DNA of 64,000 nucleotides from Chloroflexota bacterium (lineage in GTDB: Bacteria; Chloroflexota; UBA11872; JBHOQS01): positions 368,424 through 432,423 of the forward strand of contig JBHOQS010000022.1 of NCBI GenBank assembly GCA_042408875.1. The letters are read 5' to 3'. Positions within the stretch are counted from its first letter, which is position 1. Every line of letters starts with the position of its first letter. The notes beneath the pieces are model-generated. The model saw only the letters and a list, made by a program, of their open reading frames with translations. It was not told the origin of the DNA and did no database searches. The translations under genes were made by a program, and so were the position numbers. Positions 59,179-64,000 of this stretch are shown piece by piece.

Positions 59179-59636
59179 GTGGCGATCGCCGAGATCTATA
59201 ACCAGGGGATCGAAGATCGCATCGCCACGTTCGAGACGCGCCTGCGTACCCCGGCAGACGTGCGCGCGTGGTTCGATGGCGTTCACCCCATTGTCGTGGT
59301 CGAGGAGGACGGCCGGGTGATTTCTTTCGCCTCGACGTCACAGTACCGGCCGCGGGAGTGTTACGCTGGCCTCGCCGAGTTCTCTGTGTATGTGGCCCGG
59401 GATGCGTGGGGCCGCGGCGCGGGACGGCTGGCCATGCAGGCGCTCATCGCCGCAGCCAAGGCAAGTGGCTTCTGGAAGCTGGTCTCGCGAGTCTTCGTCG
59501 AGACCAGCAGAAGCCGGGCGCTGCTACGCTCCCGGGGCTTCCGCGAGGTGGGATCTACGAGAAGCACGCCAGGCTCGACGGCGTGTGGCGCGCCGTCGTC
59601 ATCGTCGAGCGTCTCATCACGCGGAACTTAACGTAA
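59179..59636 (+). pseudogene. PAT-type GNAT N-acetyltransferase with a +1 frameshift near 59548-59553
   Basis: Frame A gives MAIAEIYNQGIEDRIATFETR...GFREVG, then junk (STRSTPGST...). Frame B gives the canonical C-terminus IYEKHARLDGVWRAVVIVERLI*, ending 59636. Confidence 0.55.
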
Positions 59637-59750
59637 CAATTCCTCCGGGAGGCTCAGGGCTCGTCACGAGATCTCCGGCACGGCGCCTAGTATTGCCGGG
59701 CCCTCTCTCCCGTGCGACGGGTGAGGGGCCGGGGGTGAGACGGCGTGATC

Positions 59751-60764
59751 TCACGTGTCTGCAAACACCGGCATGACCTCCGCTGCGAAGCGATGCAGGC
59801 TCGCTCGCACCAGATCGACCGGCAAGGCGTCCCAGCGCAGGCGCAGATGGAAATGGGTGAAGAAGAGCTCCTGCCGAAACGCCGTGATGGCGCGGATGCA
59901 GCGCTCTGGACTGCCATAGACAATACCGACCTGTTCGGCTGCCTCGGCCAGCGAGGCCGGCCGAGGCGCTGTGGCGGAGAGCCGGCCTTCACGCCGGGCG
60001 CGTTCCCACACTGCCCGGACCGTGGGCGCCAGCTCCTCCTCTGCCGAAGCGTCGCTCTCACCCACATACACGCCCATGCTGGCGGAGACACGTGGTGCGG
60101 CAGGAGCGCTGCCACTGTGGCAGGTATTCAGGTACGCGCCGATGATAGAGCGCAGTTCATCCAGCGATCGCTCGCGGGAGACCACCAGGCCGAAGCCGCG
60201 TTCGCCGGCGATTGCAGCGGAATCGGTGCTGTTCGCGGCAACCCAGGAGCGCTGGAGAAGTCCCGGCAGCGGCGAGGGTACGAGCTCGACCTCGGGCAAC
60301 TGAAAGAACCGGCCAGCGTAACCGAAGCGGCGACCGCTCCAAAGCCCGGCCATGATATCCAGCGCCTCGGCAAAGCGGGCGCGCCGCTCACTGGCTGAAA
60401 GCTCCAGGCCAAAGGCCTTGAACTCGGCAGCAGTAGCGCCGCTGCCGTAGCCAAACGCGGTGCGCCCGTTTGCCAGCACATCGACCACGGCCACCTGTTC
60501 GGCGATGGCCAGCGGATGGTACAGGTTCAGACAGACAATCGCCGCGCCGACGGCGATGCGCTGCGTACGCTGGGCGGCGGCAAGCGCGAGCAGGATCGGT
60601 GACGGCAGATGACCCAGGTGAACATGGAAATGATGCTCGGCGAACCAGATGGCGGCGAAGCCGAGCTCGTCACCGAGCTCCGCCAGCGTGAGGACTTCTT
60701 CGAAGACCTCACCAGGAGGCTGCTGCCGTGGGGCTTCCACATGATCATTCAGAATAAACCGCAC
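59751..60764 (-). CDS. LLM-class (luciferase-like) flavin-dependent oxidoreductase
   Basis: TIM-barrel LLM signatures (AIWFAEHHF...). Confidence 0.8.
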   Translation of the reverse strand: MRFILNDHVEAPRQQPPGEVFEEVLTLAELGDELGFAAIWFAEHHFHVHLGHLPSPILLALAAAQRTQRIAVGAAIVCLNLYHPLAIAEQVAVVDVLANGRTAFGYGSGATAAEFKAFGLELSASERRARFAEALDIMAGLWSGRRFGYAGRFFQLPEVELVPSPLPGLLQRSWVAANSTDSAAIAGERGFGLVVSRERSLDELRSIIGAYLNTCHSGSAPAAPRVSASMGVYVGESDASAEEELAPTVRAVWERARREGRLSATAPRPASLAEAAEQVGIVYGSPERCIRAITAFRQELFFTHFHLRLRWDALPVDLVRASLHRFAAEVMPVFADT

Positions 60765-61025
60765 CGGCTCTTTCCCCCCAGCGCGTCCACCCGACGGCCC
60801 GCGATACTCCCGGGCGAGACCCGGTTCTCCCCCACCAGCTACGGGCCAATCTTAGCACATTGTCGATAGCCTGGTTAGAGCCAGCGTGTCCAGAATATTG
60901 CCACTGCAACCCACTTGTGGCACAATGACGCCGTCCGCGGACGGCGCAACAGGGGCGGATCCTGGCAAATTATGGAAAGTGTGCATCGTTCGGTCTACCC
61001 GCTCCCCAGAAGTAGGGAGGGACAG

Positions 61026-62414
61026 ATGCCTGCTAGATGTGATGGTCTCACCCGGCGAGTGCTGCTGGCTGGGGCCCTGACCGGCCCTGTGGCTGCAGTC
61101 GCAGCCTGCCGAGGCGAGCGCGCTCCCGCTGGGCCAGAGCAAAGCGGGGCCAGGCTGTCCGGCACCTTCGAACTCTGGCAACCCTGGCCGATTGACCAGC
61201 CTACCCACGGCGGGCCGGTCGGCTGGAAGCAGCTCATGGATGCCTATAATGCGAAGGGCGGCCCCAAGGTCGATATCGTCACGCCGCCGGGCCAGGAAGG
61301 CTTCGGCGCGAAACTGCTCAGCGCGTTTGCTGCCGGCACGCCGCCCGACTGCTACCAGGTGGACGGCCCGGGTGTAACCGTCTATGGAGGCAAGGGGCTG
61401 GCCGAGCCGCTCAATGACCTCATGGCTCGCGACAAGTGGGACAAGAGCCAGCTCTTTGCCTTCTCGCTCGACATCATGGAGTGGCAGGGCAAGTACTACG
61501 CCATGATGCAGCACGTGGACATCAACTTCATGTGGTACAATGCCTCTCACCTGGAGGCCAGTGGCCTGGACCCGAAGAGCCTGCCTAGGACCTTCGACCA
61601 GCTCGAGACGCTGGCCGTACGCCTGACCCGGCGCACCGCCGATGGCTTCGAGCAGATCGGCGCTGTGCCCCATCTGGGCACAGACTATCGGGTGGTCTTC
61701 CCGCAGGCGAATGGGGCCAAGCTGCTGAGCCCCGATAGCCGACAGGTCTTCTTCGATGCGCCTGAAGTCGTCGCTGCCTTCGAGTGGATCGCCAACGTCA
61801 TCAACCGCCTAGGGGGCTGGAGCGCCATCGATACCTGGCGCGCCAATGTGGCCGGCGCCAGCGGGAGCGCCGCGAACATCTTTGCCATCGGCAGGCTGTC
61901 GTCACTCCTGAACGGGAACTGGCAGGCCGACAACATTCGCCGGCTGAACCGCGACCTGCGTTTCGTGGTCTCGCCGGTGCCGAGCGGCCCAGCTGGCCCG
62001 CGGGATCCGGTGAATAACGTCTACGGCGGCGGGATCTTGATCTGCGCCACAAAGGGAACGTCGAAGTTGCCGCTGGTATGGGATTTCTTCAAGTTCACAG
62101 CATCCAAAGAAGGCGGCCTGGCTGTCCAGCGGAATACTGCGGATGTCTCCGGCAATAAGGAGGCGGCCCGCGATCCCGAGATCCTGAACGACCCGGATAC
62201 CGGGCTCGGGCGCAAGGAGGCGTATCCGCTCTTCGACCAGGCGCGCTACCTGCGGTACCTGAAGTCACCACTGGCAACCGAGATCGGCCAGGATCTGCTG
62301 AACGCGGTGACACCCTATCTGCAAGGCCGGGAGGGGAACCTGGCCGGTCGGCTGAAGGAAGCCAACCGCCAGGCCCAGCTCAAGCTTGACGAATACTGGC
62401 AGCAGCAGAAGTAG
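61026..62414 (+). CDS. ABC transporter substrate-binding lipoprotein (carbohydrate type); no adjacent permease
   Basis: Possible Tat motif (TRRVLLAG) followed by lipobox AAVAACRG. SBP-family-1 similarity. ATG at 61026 preceded by GGGAGGGA. Confidence 0.75.
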   Translation: MPARCDGLTRRVLLAGALTGPVAAVAACRGERAPAGPEQSGARLSGTFELWQPWPIDQPTHGGPVGWKQLMDAYNAKGGPKVDIVTPPGQEGFGAKLLSAFAAGTPPDCYQVDGPGVTVYGGKGLAEPLNDLMARDKWDKSQLFAFSLDIMEWQGKYYAMMQHVDINFMWYNASHLEASGLDPKSLPRTFDQLETLAVRLTRRTADGFEQIGAVPHLGTDYRVVFPQANGAKLLSPDSRQVFFDAPEVVAAFEWIANVINRLGGWSAIDTWRANVAGASGSAANIFAIGRLSSLLNGNWQADNIRRLNRDLRFVVSPVPSGPAGPRDPVNNVYGGGILICATKGTSKLPLVWDFFKFTASKEGGLAVQRNTADVSGNKEAARDPEILNDPDTGLGRKEAYPLFDQARYLRYLKSPLATEIGQDLLNAVTPYLQGREGNLAGRLKEANRQAQLKLDEYWQQQK

Positions 62415-62417
62415 CTG

Positions 62418-62801
62418 CTAGCCAGTGCCGTAAGGGTTGTCGATCACCAGGAGCCAGGTGCCGTCCGGCTGGCGGCGCAGCACCTCAGCAGCTTTGCCGC
62501 CCAGCGTCAGAGGCCGGCCATCCGGGCCGGTTGCTGAGAGGGTCCACCGGCCGTGGGTGAGGGCCAGATCGCCGCCGGTAGGGAGAATGGCGATGGGCTG
62601 AATGGTCATCGTGCCCTGGAGCGCCAGGAAGCCCTGGAGCGCCTCCCGGATGGCCGCGTGGCCCCTCACGGGCCGTCCGGGCTCCGGTATAAGGACGGCA
62701 TCTGGCTCGTACAGGGCGATCAGAGCGTCCAGGTCGCCGGCGTTGAACGCCGCAACAAATGCCCCATACATGTCTTCCGGCCGCCAGACAGGCATAGACA
62801 T
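62418..62801 (-). CDS. NTF2-like (SnoaL/DUF4440-type) small protein
   Basis: FVAAFNAGDLDALIALYEPDAVLI... cone-shaped alpha+beta fold signature. Confidence 0.5.
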   Translation of the reverse strand: MSMPVWRPEDMYGAFVAAFNAGDLDALIALYEPDAVLIPEPGRPVRGHAAIREALQGFLALQGTMTIQPIAILPTGGDLALTHGRWTLSATGPDGRPLTLGGKAAEVLRRQPDGTWLLVIDNPYGTG

Positions 62802-63094
62802 AGCTCCTTTCCCCGCCGGAGCGGGCGCATGCGCGAGGGCTCAGGGAGCCGGTGGGGGACAGCGTGGCTCGGTAAGGAACCACGCGCGGGAACTGCAACA
62901 ATCGTACTATGTAGCTATTTTCCAATCAAGCGTTTTGGCATTTTGAAATGATAAAGTGACAGCATGCCGCTATGGGCGCTGCAGCGGGTACCTCTCGACG
63001 CGTTGCTCCAGCCCTGCGCGCACACTTTTCTAGCTTGACGCAGCGTCTTCCTCAGGGGCTATGCCTGGAGGCCATGGCGGCGCAGCATCCGTAC

Positions 63095-63925
63095 TTAGGG
63101 TGTCTTTATTTTCATTATTTTTATTTTCATTTTTTTCTTAATCATTTTATCCTTCGGTGGTTTCCCCGGAGAGAAGCATGCTTTCTGCAACCGCCTTGCT
63201 GCCGGTGCAGCCACGAGCAGTCCGGCTGACGCGCCTAGGAGCAGGCCACCGGCTACATCACTCGCCCAGTGCACGCCTAGGTAGGCTCGCGTCATCCCCA
63301 GCAGCACGGCCAGGCACATGAGAGCCGGCGGAGCGAGCCGTGCCAGACGGCCGCCGCGGGCACGGAGCACCTGCGCCAAGTAGGCGCCGAAGAAGCCGCT
63401 GCGCGTGGCGTGCCCACTGGGGAAGGCGCCGTGCAGCATGAGAGTGGCGAGCGGGTACGAGACCGCTCGATGGAACTCTGCAGGGATGAGTGGTTGGTTC
63501 ACCACAAGCTTCAGCCCAAGCTCCAGGGCAAGCAACGGAAGAAAGGCCAGCGGCGTCAGCGACCACCAGCCGCAGCCTGCCCGCCACAGTAGCACACAGC
63601 CAGCAAGGGCATAGAGCAAGGAGAGCTCTCCAGAGAGGAGGATGCTCGCCGCCGCAGCTGGCGCGTCGAGCAGGGGGCTCCAGAGCGAGCGCATTGCCTG
63701 GGCGACCGCCAGGTCGAACGCGGCCAGTACTCGGAGATGCACAAGTCCGGCGAGTAGGGCAAAGGCGCCGATGCCGATGCCGCTGATCAGCCCTGTTGTT
63801 GCCGGAATATACTGGGAGACGTACACCCGCGGGCGGGGGTGCAGTGCCCGCGCCGGGGTGGAGGCTTCCGCTTCACGCACAGGTACTCCTCCAATACATG
63901 CGTACATACGCGGCCTCACCGGCAC
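63095..63925 (-). CDS. PAP2-family phosphatase with an odd Lys-rich C-terminal tail encoded by an AT-rich block
   Basis: PAP2 motifs PSGH and SR...H...D (MTRAYLGVHWASDVAGG). C-terminus KDKMIKKKMKIKIMKIKTP is encoded by 63099-63150. Confidence 0.65.
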   Translation of the reverse strand: MPVRPRMYACIGGVPVREAEASTPARALHPRPRVYVSQYIPATTGLISGIGIGAFALLAGLVHLRVLAAFDLAVAQAMRSLWSPLLDAPAAAASILLSGELSLLYALAGCVLLWRAGCGWWSLTPLAFLPLLALELGLKLVVNQPLIPAEFHRAVSYPLATLMLHGAFPSGHATRSGFFGAYLAQVLRARGGRLARLAPPALMCLAVLLGMTRAYLGVHWASDVAGGLLLGASAGLLVAAPAARRLQKACFSPGKPPKDKMIKKKMKIKIMKIKTP

Positions 63926-64000
63926 AGCTCTACACGGAGAAGCTGTCTCTCAGTGTGCTGTGTCCTGCCGCTCTCTTTGCCTAACTAGCTGAAATACTAT

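Overview
This 64 kb window is very GC-rich (roughly two-thirds G+C) and densely coding on both strands. Strong GGAGG-type ribosome-binding sites and the gene content suggest a high-GC Gram-positive-like or Chloroflexota/Thermomicrobia-like bacterium. I cannot assign the lineage from sequence alone. I can support about 55 protein-coding genes and one tRNA-Pro(GGG) with its own promoter and a clean terminator. There is no CRISPR array, rRNA, transposase or integrase.

The main modules are:
- the start of a HlyD-type efflux adaptor (partial) and miaB;
- an ECF sigma / zf-HC2 anti-sigma / ABC-2 exporter operon;
- a stand-alone EF-G paralog;
- scattered sugar-acid catabolic genes: three enolase-superfamily (MR/MLE) enzymes, a uronate dehydrogenase, a bifunctional rhamnulose-1-phosphate aldolase/SDR, and two orphan lipoprotein solute-binding proteins (SBPs);
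- a LutB-LutA fusion divergently paired with an AfsR/SARP-like STAND regulator;
- a compact assimilatory sulfate-reduction operon: PAPSS-like APS kinase–ATP sulfurylase fusion, sulfite reductase, cysH, and an unknown ORF;
- a tandem double AAA_5 (MoxR/dynein-related) ATPase preceded by a ~600 bp non-coding region;
- an isolated, apparently intact fliP/SctR export-apparatus gene.

There are also several decayed genes. A secreted DUF1080-like gene carries two in-frame TAG codons and two frameshifts. An MFS transporter has an internal deletion. A PAT-type acetyltransferase is frameshifted. Other notable sequence features are a REP-like GC-hairpin family, a 15 bp in-frame tandem repeat inside the anti-sigma gene, operator-like repeats in several divergent promoter regions, and islands of unusually low GC.

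Many six-frame ORFs are antisense artefacts of the high GC content and are rejected. This includes a 718-aa ORF opposite the aldehyde dehydrogenase gene.
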